Origin: an uncultured Bacilli bacterium
Lineage (GTDB): Bacteria; Bacillota_I; Bacilli_A; RFN20; CAG-449
Reading direction: 5' to 3'
DNA length: 61,212 nucleotides
Assembly (NCBI GenBank): GCA_947627505.1
Contig: CANQWG010000004.1
Span: 1 to 61,212, forward strand
Below the pieces are notes generated by a model that was given only the letters and a program-made list of their open reading frames with translations, did no database searches and was not told the origin of the DNA. How positions within the stretch are numbered: the stretch's first letter is position 1; the number at the start of each line of letters is the position of its first letter. Shown in pieces: positions 17,726-28,071 of the stretch. The position numbers and the translations under genes are program-made.

Positions 17726-18912
17726 AATAAATCCTCAATTATACTTCCTATTTGTCCCTCTTCGGGTTTTAAGTCAAAATTTTCGATGATGGTTCTTCCA
17801 ATATCGGCGAACGAATCGCGTTCTTGAAGCAGTTTACCATCGTTAATTTTTTTAGAATAAGCGATAAACGGTACTTTTTCTCGAGTATGATCGGATCCTT
17901 TAGCGGTTGGATCATTTCCGTGATCGGCCGTGATGATAAGCAAATCATCATCGCGAAGAACCTCTATAAGTTCTCCAAGGCGAATGTCGAAATCTTCAAT
18001 GGCCTTTCCATAGCCAAGGGGATTGCGTCGATGGCCGTATTCGGAATCGAATTCCACGAGATTGACAAAGCATAAACCCGTAAAATCGCTGTTTTTTACA
18101 AGATCAATCGTCTTATCCATACCATCTTCGTTGGATTTGGTTTTCGTAGTTGACGTGACCCCGACACCATTAAATATATCGCCGATTTTACCGATACACG
18201 GCACATCGTAACCATGATCTTGCAACAATTGCATATAGGTGTAATGAGTCGGCGAAAGCGCGATATCGTGACGATTGGGGGTTCTTTTAAACGAATCACG
18301 ATCTTTACCGATGAAGGGTCGCGCGATAATTCTTCCGACCATATATTCGGGTTTCATGCAAATTTCCCGAGCGATATTGCAATATTCGTAAAGCTGTTTA
18401 ACTGGAATCACTTCTTCGTGAGCCGCGATTTGTAAGACGGAATCAGCAGAGGTATAGACGATTAACTCGCCGGTTTTTAATTGACGTTCTCCAAGTTCTT
18501 TAATGATTTCCGTTCCGCTCGCGGCGACGTTACCGATTACTTTGCGCCCGGTTTTTTGCTCTAATTCTTCAATTAATGAGGCCGGGAAACCATGTTCGGT
18601 GAAGGTTAGAAATGGTTTGGTGGTCAATACTCCCATCATTTCCCAGTGTCCAGTCATCGTATCCTTACCATTGCTAGCTTCTTTCAAGATGGCAACGTAA
18701 GAATGTGGATGCGTTACTTTCGTAGTTCCCTTAATCGGACATAAATCATATAATCCTAACGAATTTAAATTTGGCACCTTTAACCCATCGCATCGTTCGC
18801 TAATATGAAGCAAGGTATTGGCACCTTGATCGTTAAAACGCTTAGCGTCCGGCATTTCTCCGATACCAAGGCTATCCATTACTATTAGAAAAATTCGCTT
18901 AAATTTTTTCAT
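17722..18912 (-). CDS. deoB: Phosphopentomutase
   Basis: MKKFKRIFLIVMDSLGIGEMPDA, GHWEMMG and ITADHGNDPT motifs. I started it at ATG 18912 rather than the track's alternative start at 18930. Confidence 0.9.
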   Translation of the reverse strand: MKKFKRIFLIVMDSLGIGEMPDAKRFNDQGANTLLHISERCDGLKVPNLNSLGLYDLCPIKGTTKVTHPHSYVAILKEASNGKDTMTGHWEMMGVLTTKPFLTFTEHGFPASLIEELEQKTGRKVIGNVAASGTEIIKELGERQLKTGELIVYTSADSVLQIAAHEEVIPVKQLYEYCNIAREICMKPEYMVGRIIARPFIGKDRDSFKRTPNRHDIALSPTHYTYMQLLQDHGYDVPCIGKIGDIFNGVGVTSTTKTKSNEDGMDKTIDLVKNSDFTGLCFVNLVEFDSEYGHRRNPLGYGKAIEDFDIRLGELIEVLRDDDLLIITADHGNDPTAKGSDHTREKVPFIAYSKKINDGKLLQERDSFADIGRTIIENFDLKPEEGQIGSIIEDLL

Positions 18913-18944
18913 ATCAAAGTTTCCTTTCAAAGATAAATTATACG

Positions 18945-19838
18945 CTATTTTTTATTCATATACAAATCATAAGCATCGAGAATTCGTCTTCCGGATGTAT
19001 GGAGATAAATCTGAGTGGTGGCGATATTTGAATGTCCAAGCATCGCTTGAACCGCGCGCAGTTCCGCGCCGTTTTCAAGCAGATGAGTGGCAAAACTATG
19101 ACGTAAAGTATGCGGTGAGATGTTTTTATCAATCCCGGCTTTAACGGCATATTTTTTTACTTGCTTGAAAAAATATTGACGCGATAAAGGTTTCCCTTTT
19201 TGATTTAAAAAGATGTATTTGCCGTTGCGTCCGACGTTTTTGCTTCGCACTTCCAAAATATAACGATTAAGATAATCCTTAGCATAATCACCTAGAGGAA
19301 CGATACGCTCTTTAGCCCCTTTCCCTTTTAATTTAATGATCCCGAGATCGATATTGACGCTGTTTTTTTCAAGCATCAGCAATTCGCTGACTCTTAATCC
19401 CGAAGCGTACATGATTTCAAGCATTGCTCGATCACGAACTCCAGCGGCAGTCTTAAGATTAGGCATTTCAAGCAGATCTTCGACTTCTTCTAACGTCAAA
19501 ACACTAGGCAAATGCTTAGGAAGACGCGGTAAATCAACCATCCCGGTTTTATTGACTAGAACTCCTTCGTTTTGAAGAAAATTATAAAATAGTCTCACAG
19601 TTGAAATGCGACGTAAAATCGTTGAAATCGAGCGATTTTTGCTAGACATCGAAATGATAAAGGTTTCCACGTCTTCGTTATTAAGTTCATTGGCATATTT
19701 CTTTTTCGTCAAGGAAGCCTCAAACATTTTTAAATCGTCCATATAATTTAGGATTGTATTTTTAGCGAGTCCTTTTTCAACGATTAAATACTGATTGAAA
19801 CGGTCGAAAGCATCAATCATTTCCATCATTTTTTCCAT
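18945..19838 (-). CDS. xerD: Tyrosine recombinase XerD
   Basis: HTLRHSFATHLLENGAELRAVQAMLGHSNIATTQIYLH is a catalytic R..HxxR..Y tail. It is 297 aa and lies next to deoB, as ripX/drm do in B. subtilis. Confidence 0.8.
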   Translation of the reverse strand: MEKMMEMIDAFDRFNQYLIVEKGLAKNTILNYMDDLKMFEASLTKKKYANELNNEDVETFIISMSSKNRSISTILRRISTVRLFYNFLQNEGVLVNKTGMVDLPRLPKHLPSVLTLEEVEDLLEMPNLKTAAGVRDRAMLEIMYASGLRVSELLMLEKNSVNIDLGIIKLKGKGAKERIVPLGDYAKDYLNRYILEVRSKNVGRNGKYIFLNQKGKPLSRQYFFKQVKKYAVKAGIDKNISPHTLRHSFATHLLENGAELRAVQAMLGHSNIATTQIYLHTSGRRILDAYDLYMNKK

Positions 19839-21013
19839 TGATTACCACCTCTTTTTAAATCGCTAGCAACCATAATTTTGGGAATTTTAAGCTTTTGATT
19901 CAATTCATTGACCAGTTGCCGCACCATCTGTTTGCTTTGATGGTCGGAAACATCAAATAATGTCGTCTGCACATAAAATTCACGCGGATCGCAAAGGTTC
20001 GATAACGTCACGCCGATAAGACGGATCGCTTGTTGGTCGTAGTTGCTTTCAAAGATCTTCAATGCATTGACGTAAATCTCTTCTTCCCCATTGAACGGAT
20101 GATCAAAACTTTTCGAGCGATGAAAACTACGAAATTCCGTATCTTTATAAGTGACGCTAAGCGTGGTGCCGACCTTATTCTCTGCTTTTGCACGCTTTGA
20201 AACTTCTAAGCATTTCTTTTTAAGCAAAGCTTTGATTTCATCGTAATCATTAGTGTCAAACAAAAATGTCGAAGAACTGCCGATCGATTTTGGATCGGCT
20301 TGTTCTACAATCACTTCATCGCTACCATAGCCGTTAGCCCAATCGTGCAAGACGTCAAAAAATTTCCCGAGAAGCTTTTTGACTTCTTGAGAATCGGTAT
20401 GGGCGATATCGTAAATGGTATATATTCCAAGTTTTTCGAGTCTAGGCGCTGTTTTTTTGCCGACACCATACATATCTTTGATCGGTAAAGGCCAAAGCAA
20501 TTTAGGAAGATCGCGGCGGCGGAGAATGGTGATTCCCAAAGGTTTTTTCATGTCGGAAGCCATCTTTGCCAAAAATTTTGTGGGAGCAATACCAATCGAG
20601 CACGGCAATTGATATTTGGATAATAGCCCTTTTTGCAGATTTTCTAAATATTTTTTCGGCTCCATCACCTTTTTCATCGCCGCGGTCATATCGACATAGC
20701 ATTCATCAATCGAAGCGACTTCGATAAAATCGCTATAATGATGAAGATACTCGAAAAATTTGGTGCTCAAATCATGATAAAATTCAAAATCCGGTTGGCA
20801 AACGATTAAGTTCGGGCAGAGCTTTTTAGCTTGATACATCGGCATTGCGGAATGAATCCCATATTTTCGCGCTTCGTATGACGCGGTTGAGACGATCCCT
20901 CTTCTTGAAGTTCCACCCACCACTAAAGGTTTGCCTTTATAAGCCGGATTTTTGATCGTTTCACAAGTGGCAAAAAAAGCATTCAAATCGATGTGCATGA
21001 TAATTTTTGCCAT
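19826..21013 (-). CDS. dinB: DNA polymerase IV
   Basis: MHIDLNAFFATCE, SIDECYVDMT and GVGKKTAPRLEKLGI (Y-family polymerase). Confidence 0.9.
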   Translation of the reverse strand: MAKIIMHIDLNAFFATCETIKNPAYKGKPLVVGGTSRRGIVSTASYEARKYGIHSAMPMYQAKKLCPNLIVCQPDFEFYHDLSTKFFEYLHHYSDFIEVASIDECYVDMTAAMKKVMEPKKYLENLQKGLLSKYQLPCSIGIAPTKFLAKMASDMKKPLGITILRRRDLPKLLWPLPIKDMYGVGKKTAPRLEKLGIYTIYDIAHTDSQEVKKLLGKFFDVLHDWANGYGSDEVIVEQADPKSIGSSSTFLFDTNDYDEIKALLKKKCLEVSKRAKAENKVGTTLSVTYKDTEFRSFHRSKSFDHPFNGEEEIYVNALKIFESNYDQQAIRLIGVTLSNLCDPREFYVQTTLFDVSDHQSKQMVRQLVNELNQKLKIPKIMVASDLKRGGNQWKK

Positions 21014-21088
21014 ATGAAACCACCTCTTAATGACATTTTACCATAAGTTTCATTAAGAATGTTAATAGTTAGCAAAGCGCTTAAAAAA

Positions 21089-21853
21089 TTAATGAGTCAG
21101 TTGTTTTTTATACTGAACTTGGAGATGATCGGCAATCATCGCAATGAATTCGCTATTAGTCGGCTTGGCTTTGGTCGCCGAGATCGTATAACCGAATATT
21201 TCATCGATGGTATCGATATTTCCCCGGCTCCAAGCGACTTCAATTGCGTGTCTTATCGCCCTTTCCACTCTGGAACCGGTAGTCTTGTAGCGACGTGCAA
21301 TTTCCGGATATAGAACCTTCGTCACTTGTCCGATGTATTCATGGGAATTGTACGAATAAGCAATCGCCGTTCTTAAATAGGAATAACCCTTGATATGTGC
21401 TGGGATTCCTACTTCGTGGAGCAATGACGTGATGCATCGCTCGAGATCGAATTCATGGTCGCTAGTTGTCACTACATTCAAAGAGCTGATGCGCGCGATC
21501 AAAGCATCGAGTTCGTAAGGCTTTAATAGAAAATGATGCACTCCATAAGAAGACATCATGTCGAAGATTTGCTGATTGACCAATCCGGATTGACAAATGA
21601 TCATTCCGATTTTTGGATATAAGGTACGATGATCGTTAAGTTCACGTAAAACTTCAAGTCCGTCTAAAATCGGCATGACTAAATCGAGAACCAAAACATC
21701 GATTTCATGATATCCGCGCAATCTTTGCAACGCTTCTTGCCCATTGGAAGCGGTATTGATAACATACATGTCTTCGTGCATTGAAATACCTTTTACTGCT
21801 TGTGACAAAAATTCTTCGTTGTCATCGACAACAAAAACCGTCTTTTTCTTCAT
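21089..21853 (-). CDS. spo0A: Sporulation master regulator Spo0A
   Basis: An N-terminal receiver domain (VVDDN...[10 protein letters not shown]) and a C-terminal Spo0A-specific DNA-binding domain ([16 protein letters not shown]...[15 protein letters not shown]). Confidence 0.9.
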   Translation of the reverse strand: MKKKTVFVVDDNEEFLSQAVKGISMHEDMYVINTASNGQEALQRLRGYHEIDVLVLDLVMPILDGLEVLRELNDHRTLYPKIGMIICQSGLVNQQIFDMMSSYGVHHFLLKPYELDALIARISSLNVVTTSDHEFDLERCITSLLHEVGIPAHIKGYSYLRTAIAYSYNSHEYIGQVTKVLYPEIARRYKTTGSRVERAIRHAIEVAWSRGNIDTIDEIFGYTISATKAKPTNSEFIAMIADHLQVQYKKQLTH

Positions 21854-22005
21854 ATAGTTATTTCTCTTTCTATTAACAATACTTCTACATATTACAAATT
21901 AATCCGTCTTTTTAAAAGTAAATTTTTCACTATTTTTCAATTTATTAAAAAAAATTTTTTTATTCGCGCGATAAAAAAAGAAATAAAATACATTTTGTAT
22001 TTTCA

Positions 22006-22012
22006 TGTCGAA
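22006..22012 (+). promoter_or_regulatory. 0A-box-like site (TGTCGAA) upstream of spo0A
   Basis: An exact TGNCGAA match about 150 nt upstream of the spo0A start. A second near-match, AGTCGAA, lies at 22037-22043. Confidence 0.3.
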
Positions 22013-22046
22013 TATTCTTGATGCGATAGGGAAATTAGTCGAAAAA

Positions 22047-22069
22047 AAGGAGACTTTTTTGTCTCCTTT
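22047..22069 (-). terminator. Rho-independent terminator of spoIVB
   Basis: The minus strand reads AAGGAGAC-AAAAAA-GTCTCCTT followed by TTTTTTT. Confidence 0.7.
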
Positions 22070-23068
22070 TTAGAAGTATTGTAAGGCATTTTGATACATA
22101 TATTCCATGTAAACGCCATAACCCATTTGAATATCATCGACGATGACGTGGGTTACCGCGCCGACTAACATGTTGTTTTGAATAATCGGCGAACCCGACA
22201 TTCCAGAGTAAATTCCATTTGAAATCGCCAATAGTTTAGGATCCGTGACTTTGAATGTGATTCCTTTAGTCGCTGATGTTTCCTGTTTTTTTAAGTTAGT
22301 GATCTCGATTTGATACGTTTCGACTTTACTCCCTTTTGTCACGGTTTGAATTTCCGCCTTACCTAATTTCACCTCGTCGTGAGTGGCCATTTTAATCGGT
22401 ACGTATGTAGAAGGAATTTCCTCGATGCTACCGAAAATGCCAAAAGAAGTGTTGGCTTCAATGGTACCGATTGAATCCTCCAATGACACTTCAGACATCT
22501 TATCACCCGGAGCGCCGTTTTGTCCTTTGTTGATTCCGATGACATTGCCATTATAGATGGCACCGCTTTTGATTTCGACGATTTCTTTGGTGCTAGAATC
22601 AGTCACTTCGTGACCTAGGGCGCCATAAATTTTATTGATCGGATCATAAAACGACATCGTTCCGATTCCAAGTACCCGTTCTTTGACATATAATCCGGTT
22701 TTGATGTCGCCGTTGACGCTAATTAACTTCAGTTTTTTATGATCGGCCTTTCCTTTTCTAGTGATGGTTATCTGCACTTCTTGATTATCCGTGAATTCGT
22801 TAAAATGTGAGATAAAATCGTATAAATTGCTGACGCGATAGTTTTCTATCCCGATTATCATATCTCCTTCGTTGATATCGGAATGTTTGCTAGGATTATA
22901 GATCGAATTGCCGGTTTTGACATCGTAGGTTCCAGTGACGATAATTCCGTTAGTCTTCATTTCAAAGACAACATTTTCTCCACCCGGAACAAGTTCGATG
23001 GCTTCGTAAAGTTTCGGTGCTCCAAAAGCGAAGAAAAAGGCCGAGGATAAAAGTAAAACTTTCCTCAT
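22070..23068 (-). CDS. spoIVB: SpoIVB peptidase (S55)
   Basis: A signal anchor, a PDZ-like region, then GTMSFYDP...GALGH and GMSGSPII (catalytic Ser). I started it at ATG 23068 behind an AAGGAGA RBS. Confidence 0.85.
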   Translation of the reverse strand: MRKVLLLSSAFFFAFGAPKLYEAIELVPGGENVVFEMKTNGIIVTGTYDVKTGNSIYNPSKHSDINEGDMIIGIENYRVSNLYDFISHFNEFTDNQEVQITITRKGKADHKKLKLISVNGDIKTGLYVKERVLGIGTMSFYDPINKIYGALGHEVTDSSTKEIVEIKSGAIYNGNVIGINKGQNGAPGDKMSEVSLEDSIGTIEANTSFGIFGSIEEIPSTYVPIKMATHDEVKLGKAEIQTVTKGSKVETYQIEITNLKKQETSATKGITFKVTDPKLLAISNGIYSGMSGSPIIQNNMLVGAVTHVIVDDIQMGYGVYMEYMYQNALQYF

Positions 23069-23130
23069 ATAAGATTCTCCTTTCACCTTTATTATGCGCA
23101 TAAAAAAAGTCTCCACAGTGGAAACTTTTG

Positions 23131-24783
23131 TTAATTCTTGAGCATTTTTCGCGCTAAATCAAGCGCAGTTTTATCGATGGTGCCGTTTGATAATAAACCG
23201 GCGATTTCTTTTACCCTTTCTTCTTCGTCAAGTGGAGTTATAAGGGTTCTTGTCGTTTGTGCGTCATTTGTTTTTACTACCCGATAATGATGTTCGGCCT
23301 TTGAAGCCACTTGGGCAAGGTGGGTGATCACTATCGCTTGCGAATGAAGGGACAATTGATGAATTTTTTCGCCGATGCAGGAAGCGACTTTACCTGAAAC
23401 CCCAGTATCAATTTCGTCAAAGACGATCGTTTCCACTGGATTTAAGGCGTTGAAGACGGTCTTTAAAGCGAGATTTAAGCGGCTAGCTTCACCTAATGAA
23501 GCGGTCTCTTCAAGCGGTAAGAATCGTCCGCCTAAATTGGCTCGTAAAGTAAAGACGATCTTTTCATTGCCACTTTCAAAAAGCTCGGTTTCGCTAAAAG
23601 AAACTTTAAAAAGCGCATTGTTAAGAAGCAGATCTTCAAGTTCACGATTGACTTTTTCTTCTAGAAGCGGCGCGTATTTATGACGTATGACCTGTAACTT
23701 TAAAGCGGTATCGAGCAATTTTACTTTCTTGTCGTTCAGTTCTTTTTCAAGCTTGTTTAAATTGTAATCATAATTGGAATAAGTGTTCAAATCCTCTTCG
23801 ATTTGCACTAGACGATTTAACATTTCTAAAGTTGAAGAGCCGTATTTTCGCATCAATCCTTTAAGAAAGAACAGACGATTTTTCATCTCTTCGATCTCGT
23901 AAGGGTTGAAATTGAGTTTTTCAAATGTCGCTAGAAGTTCATGATAGGCATCTTCAAGTTCAAAATAGCTTTCATCGAAGCGTTTAAGCGACGAATCGAA
24001 GGTTTCATCCTTCAATTGTCCTAAGATCTTTTTCGACGAATATAATTCATCGAAAGCTTGTTCCAAGGGCTCTTTGACAGTTTGAAATATCTCCAGTGTT
24101 TTAGAGTAAGAAGCGACGCTACGGAGCTTATCTTCAAGTTCTTCAACTTCGTTATCTTGAATTGCGGCATCTTTTAATTCTTGATATTGATATTGCAAGT
24201 ATTCAAGATCGGCATCGCTCATACGCGAAGCTTTCATGGTTTGATACCGCTTTAAAGTCGTGGAATAATCCTCAAATTGTTCTTGATATTGACGATAAAC
24301 CTCTTTTTCACTTTCATCAAGAAGTGACGAAAGAAAACGATCGTATATTTCAAGATGGCACGAACTATCCAAATACGAGCGATCTTTATGCTGTGAATGA
24401 ATGTCGATAAGCGAATTCATCAATTCTTTGCCGAGCGATAAAGGAACGCTACGTCCGTTGAGTTTCATCGTCGTTTTCATCGAAGCATCGAGCGTTCTAG
24501 AAACGATTAAAACGTCGCTTTCAAGTTCAAAATCATATTTTTGATTAAAAGCCTCGATGATTTGAGGATTGTCGATACGGAAAGTGCCTTCGATAAAGGC
24601 TTTTTCACAACCATTACGAATTTTATCATAACTGGAGCGATTGCCACATAAAAGACCTAAAGCCTCGATGATTATCGATTTACCGGCACCCGTTTCACCG
24701 GTTAAAACATTCATCCTATTATCGAAGATGACCTCGATATCTTCGATGATCGCAAAATTTTTGATCTGTAATCGTTCTAGCAT
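23131..24783 (-). CDS. recN: DNA repair protein RecN
   Basis: Walker A GETGAGKS at the N-terminus, a coiled-coil middle, and a C-terminal SGGE-like/Walker B region (VFDEIDTGVSG). Confidence 0.9.
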   Translation of the reverse strand: MLERLQIKNFAIIEDIEVIFDNRMNVLTGETGAGKSIIIEALGLLCGNRSSYDKIRNGCEKAFIEGTFRIDNPQIIEAFNQKYDFELESDVLIVSRTLDASMKTTMKLNGRSVPLSLGKELMNSLIDIHSQHKDRSYLDSSCHLEIYDRFLSSLLDESEKEVYRQYQEQFEDYSTTLKRYQTMKASRMSDADLEYLQYQYQELKDAAIQDNEVEELEDKLRSVASYSKTLEIFQTVKEPLEQAFDELYSSKKILGQLKDETFDSSLKRFDESYFELEDAYHELLATFEKLNFNPYEIEEMKNRLFFLKGLMRKYGSSTLEMLNRLVQIEEDLNTYSNYDYNLNKLEKELNDKKVKLLDTALKLQVIRHKYAPLLEEKVNRELEDLLLNNALFKVSFSETELFESGNEKIVFTLRANLGGRFLPLEETASLGEASRLNLALKTVFNALNPVETIVFDEIDTGVSGKVASCIGEKIHQLSLHSQAIVITHLAQVASKAEHHYRVVKTNDAQTTRTLITPLDEEERVKEIAGLLSNGTIDKTALDLARKMLKN

Positions 24784-24835
24784 GTTTTCACCTACTTAAT
24801 AATAGTGGATTTTCTTTATTGAGAAAAATATAACA

Positions 24836-26551
24836 CTATAAATATTTCTTTATTTCACTCATCAAATAGACGTAATCGACTTTATTGTCCGCTAACTGTT
24901 CCTTAATCGAAGCTTGTTTCACAAAAGAATCGGGAACATAGTACGTGTGAATTTGTCCTTGATATCCCTCTTTTATTAAATAATCCTCAATCTCTTGAAC
25001 AAAGCCGTGGCGCGTCGCCATCGAATTCATAATGAAAATGTGTTTTTTATCGAGCATCTGATGTAAAGCCTCGGTATCATAGGGCTTTAAAAACACCGCA
25101 TTGTACAAAGTGACTTTTAAATTTTCTTTTTTTATTTCATCGACCAAAAGATCGACTAAAGATCCGTAAGTGATAAGTGCGATTTGGGCATCGTCTTTTG
25201 AATACGGGCACAGCCACTTACCGAATTCCAGTGAAAGATATCCATCTTCGTCATCGCCTCTAAAGTATGACCGCGGATAGCGAATGGCAAAAGGTCCGTG
25301 ATATTTTTTCGATAGTTCAAAAAGCGCACGCGAAGTTTTCATGTCGCTTGGCGCCGTCAAAACGATATTCGGGGTATTGAAAATGAAGCCTTCATCGTAA
25401 AGTCCTTGATGAGTTTCCCCGTCTTCGCCGACTAATCCCGCGCGATCGATGAGCAATAACACGTCGAGATTCATGCGACAGACGTCGTGAGACAACTGAT
25501 CGAAAGCCCGTTGTAAAAATGTCGAGTAAATCGAAACAATCGGTTTAATGCCGTTTAAAGCCATTCCAGCCGCCAAAGTCAAAGCGTGTTCTTCGGCAAT
25601 TCCGACATCGAAACAGCGCGAAGGAAAATGATTGTAGACGTTAATTAACCCACTTCCAAGAACCATCGCAGGACAGATTAAAGTGACCCGATCGTTTTCT
25701 TCCATGTATTCTTCAACCAAAGAGCCGAAAAACGATGAATACGAAGTTTGCATCGGATGGGTGTCGATCTGTTCCCCGGTTTGGACTTTAAAGGGTTTTA
25801 TGCCGTGAAAGACACCTAAGGTATCTTCTCTTGCAAACGAATAACCTTTGCCCTTTTCGGTATAGGCGTGAATAACTACGCTTTTTTCTCGCTTACACGC
25901 TTCTTCAAAAGCCGATTCCAATTTTTTAATGTTGTGACCATTGACCGGTCCGATATAATCTAATCCAAAGCGCTCGTACACACTTGAAAAATTACGCGAA
26001 TGATTTTGAATCGCACCGACGGTTTTAGATACCGACATATCGTTATCGTTTAACACGATGATGATTTTATGATTTTGTTGCCCGATATCGTTTAATGCTT
26101 CTAGCGCCATCCCATTGACGATCGATGCATCACCGATTAAAGCGATAATATTATACTTTTCTTTCTTTAAATCGCGAGCAATCGCCATGCCAAGAGCCGC
26201 CGAAAGCGAAGTAGAAGAATGGCCGGCTTCAAAGACGTCATAAGGCGATTCATCGCGTTTTTGAAATCCGGAAATGCCGTTTTTCTTGCGCAAAGTGTCG
26301 AGGCGGCGACCGCTTAATAATTTATACGTGTATGATTGATGTCCAACGTCGATCAATAATTTATCGTGCGGGAAATCAAAGTATCGCATCAAAGCCATTT
26401 CAAGCTCGACTGCCCCTAAATTCGCGGATAAATGACCACCGTTTAAAGATACCACTCGGATGATTTCTTCGCGAATGCGGTATGCTAAAACGTTCAATTC
26501 ATCGTAATCCATCTGTTTTAACGTTTTGATGTCAAATTGTACTTTTTTCAT
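24836..26551 (-). CDS. dxs: 1-deoxy-D-xylulose-5-phosphate synthase
   Basis: GGHLSANLGAVEL, DVGHQSYTYKLL and the GDASIVNGMALEALN TPP motif. At 571 aa it is somewhat short for Dxs. Confidence 0.85.
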   Translation of the reverse strand: MKKVQFDIKTLKQMDYDELNVLAYRIREEIIRVVSLNGGHLSANLGAVELEMALMRYFDFPHDKLLIDVGHQSYTYKLLSGRRLDTLRKKNGISGFQKRDESPYDVFEAGHSSTSLSAALGMAIARDLKKEKYNIIALIGDASIVNGMALEALNDIGQQNHKIIIVLNDNDMSVSKTVGAIQNHSRNFSSVYERFGLDYIGPVNGHNIKKLESAFEEACKREKSVVIHAYTEKGKGYSFAREDTLGVFHGIKPFKVQTGEQIDTHPMQTSYSSFFGSLVEEYMEENDRVTLICPAMVLGSGLINVYNHFPSRCFDVGIAEEHALTLAAGMALNGIKPIVSIYSTFLQRAFDQLSHDVCRMNLDVLLLIDRAGLVGEDGETHQGLYDEGFIFNTPNIVLTAPSDMKTSRALFELSKKYHGPFAIRYPRSYFRGDDEDGYLSLEFGKWLCPYSKDDAQIALITYGSLVDLLVDEIKKENLKVTLYNAVFLKPYDTEALHQMLDKKHIFIMNSMATRHGFVQEIEDYLIKEGYQGQIHTYYVPDSFVKQASIKEQLADNKVDYVYLMSEIKKYL

Positions 26552-26560
26552 TCACTATTA

Positions 26561-26596
26561 CCAATTAATTACTAATTATCTACTAATCTATTACTT
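26561..26596 (-). repeat. Phased ACTAA(T)x3 element, copy B
   Basis: It fills almost the whole 43-nt xseB-dxs intergenic space. The 26-nt core is identical to copy A. Confidence 0.7.
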
Positions 26597-26804
26597 ATTC
26601 GTCTAAATTGCTGATTTTGCCGTCTTCAACCACTTGAACGACCTTTTTATTGACCTCATCGAGTTCTTTAGTTAACTCTTTGCCTAAAGCATTAGCCTCT
26701 TCGTATAACTTTACACTTTCCTCTAACGGAAGTTTCTTATTTTCTAAAAGATCGAGGATTTCATTTAACCTATCGAGTTTTTCTTCAAAAGACTTGTTTT
26801 CCAT
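26595..26804 (-). CDS. xseB: Exodeoxyribonuclease VII small subunit
   Basis: 69 aa. SFEEKLDRLNEILDLLENKKLPLEESVKLYEE is typical XseB. Confidence 0.85.
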   Translation of the reverse strand: MENKSFEEKLDRLNEILDLLENKKLPLEESVKLYEEANALGKELTKELDEVNKKVVQVVEDGKISNLDE

Positions 26805-26808
26805 ACCT

Positions 26809-28071
26809 TTACTCCTTTATCTCCTTAACTAATGCAGCGACGGTGCCGTCTTTTAGTTTAATCGTGATCGTTTCTCCAACATTAAGTTCAGCTTTCGAGG
26901 AAACGATTTGATTGTTCATATTATACACCATTCCGTACCCTTTTGATAGCAGTTTATACGGATTTAAACTTTCATTTTTCTGTATTAGAAAGCGTAGTTT
27001 TTCACTATTTTGAAGTAAAATCGTCTGAATCGCTTTTTTTAATCGTTCTTGAAGATGGGTCACCATCATATAATCAGTTTCTATATATTTTCTTATTTCT
27101 AAATAACGTGAATTGATTCGATTGTTGATATCGTCTCTAATCATCCGATAACGATTCTTAAAGTCCCGTAACACTTCTTTATTTAAGGCGTTGACGATTT
27201 CCAATTGGGCTTGTTTGATTTTACTATTGATCATCTGATACAAGTTTTTATCGATTGTCGTCAATTGTTCTTTTAAAAGATAGGCTTTTTCCGTGGCTTT
27301 TTCCGCCGCGGCGGTTGGAGTAATCGAAGAATAGTCGCACACCAAATCAAGAAGCGTCGAATTGATATCGTGACCCACGGCCGCAATCGTTGGTATTTTG
27401 ATGTCGTAGACGCGACGGATCAGCGCTTCGTCGTTATAGGCGATAAGATCTTCAAATGATCCTCCGCCTCGCCCGATGATTAATAAATCAAGTGGGTATT
27501 TTTCACTTTCATCGATTGCTTTAATAATCGACTTCGGCGCTTCTTTTCCTTGTACTAAGGACGGAAAAAGATAAATTTTAGTAGCAAAACGGCGCGATAT
27601 CGTGCTTATGATATCGTGTATCGCCGCGCCGCTTTTTGAAGTGATGACCCCGATGGTTTTAGGAATTAAAGGCAAAGGTTTCTTTTGACGAGAAAAAATC
27701 CCTTCTTCGAGCAATCGCTTTTTTAAAAGTTCGAGCTCCACTAGATACTTACCAAGACCATAGGCCTCCATTTCGTAGCAATTTAATTGATATTCGCCGC
27801 CACGCGTATAAAGCGTAACGCTCGCGATCACTATCACTTCATCGCCTTCTTTGGGATCAAATTTCAAACGTTGCACGTAACTATTAAACATCACGCAACG
27901 AATGCGACTCGATGAATCTTTAAGCGTAAAATAAAAGTGTCCACTTTGATGTTTGGTCAAATTGGATATTTCACCTTTTACGAAAACACGCTGAAATTCA
28001 AGATGTTCATCGAGAGCATCTTTGATTAATTGATTGATTTCTTGTACAGAAAGTAAATCTGAATCAATCAT
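26809..28071 (-). CDS. xseA: Exodeoxyribonuclease VII large subunit
   Basis: An OB-fold N-terminus (VKGEISN...SGHFYFTLKD) and IGRGGGS. ATG 28071 overlaps the nusB TGA (ATGA). Confidence 0.9.
   Translation of the reverse strand: MIDSDLLSVQEINQLIKDALDEHLEFQRVFVKGEISNLTKHQSGHFYFTLKDSSSRIRCVMFNSYVQRLKFDPKEGDEVIVIASVTLYTRGGEYQLNCYEMEAYGLGKYLVELELLKKRLLEEGIFSRQKKPLPLIPKTIGVITSKSGAAIHDIISTISRRFATKIYLFPSLVQGKEAPKSIIKAIDESEKYPLDLLIIGRGGGSFEDLIAYNDEALIRRVYDIKIPTIAAVGHDINSTLLDLVCDYSSITPTAAAEKATEKAYLLKEQLTTIDKNLYQMINSKIKQAQLEIVNALNKEVLRDFKNRYRMIRDDINNRINSRYLEIRKYIETDYMMVTHLQERLKKAIQTILLQNSEKLRFLIQKNESLNPYKLLSKGYGMVYNMNNQIVSSKAELNVGETITIKLKDGTVAALVKEIKE

Noticed and set aside
18945-19838. xerD as the recombinase of the 55.8-59.5 kb cassette or another island
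   Set aside because: It lies 36 kb away in a conserved housekeeping context (dinB, deoB) and has XerD-type motifs. No repeats flank it.
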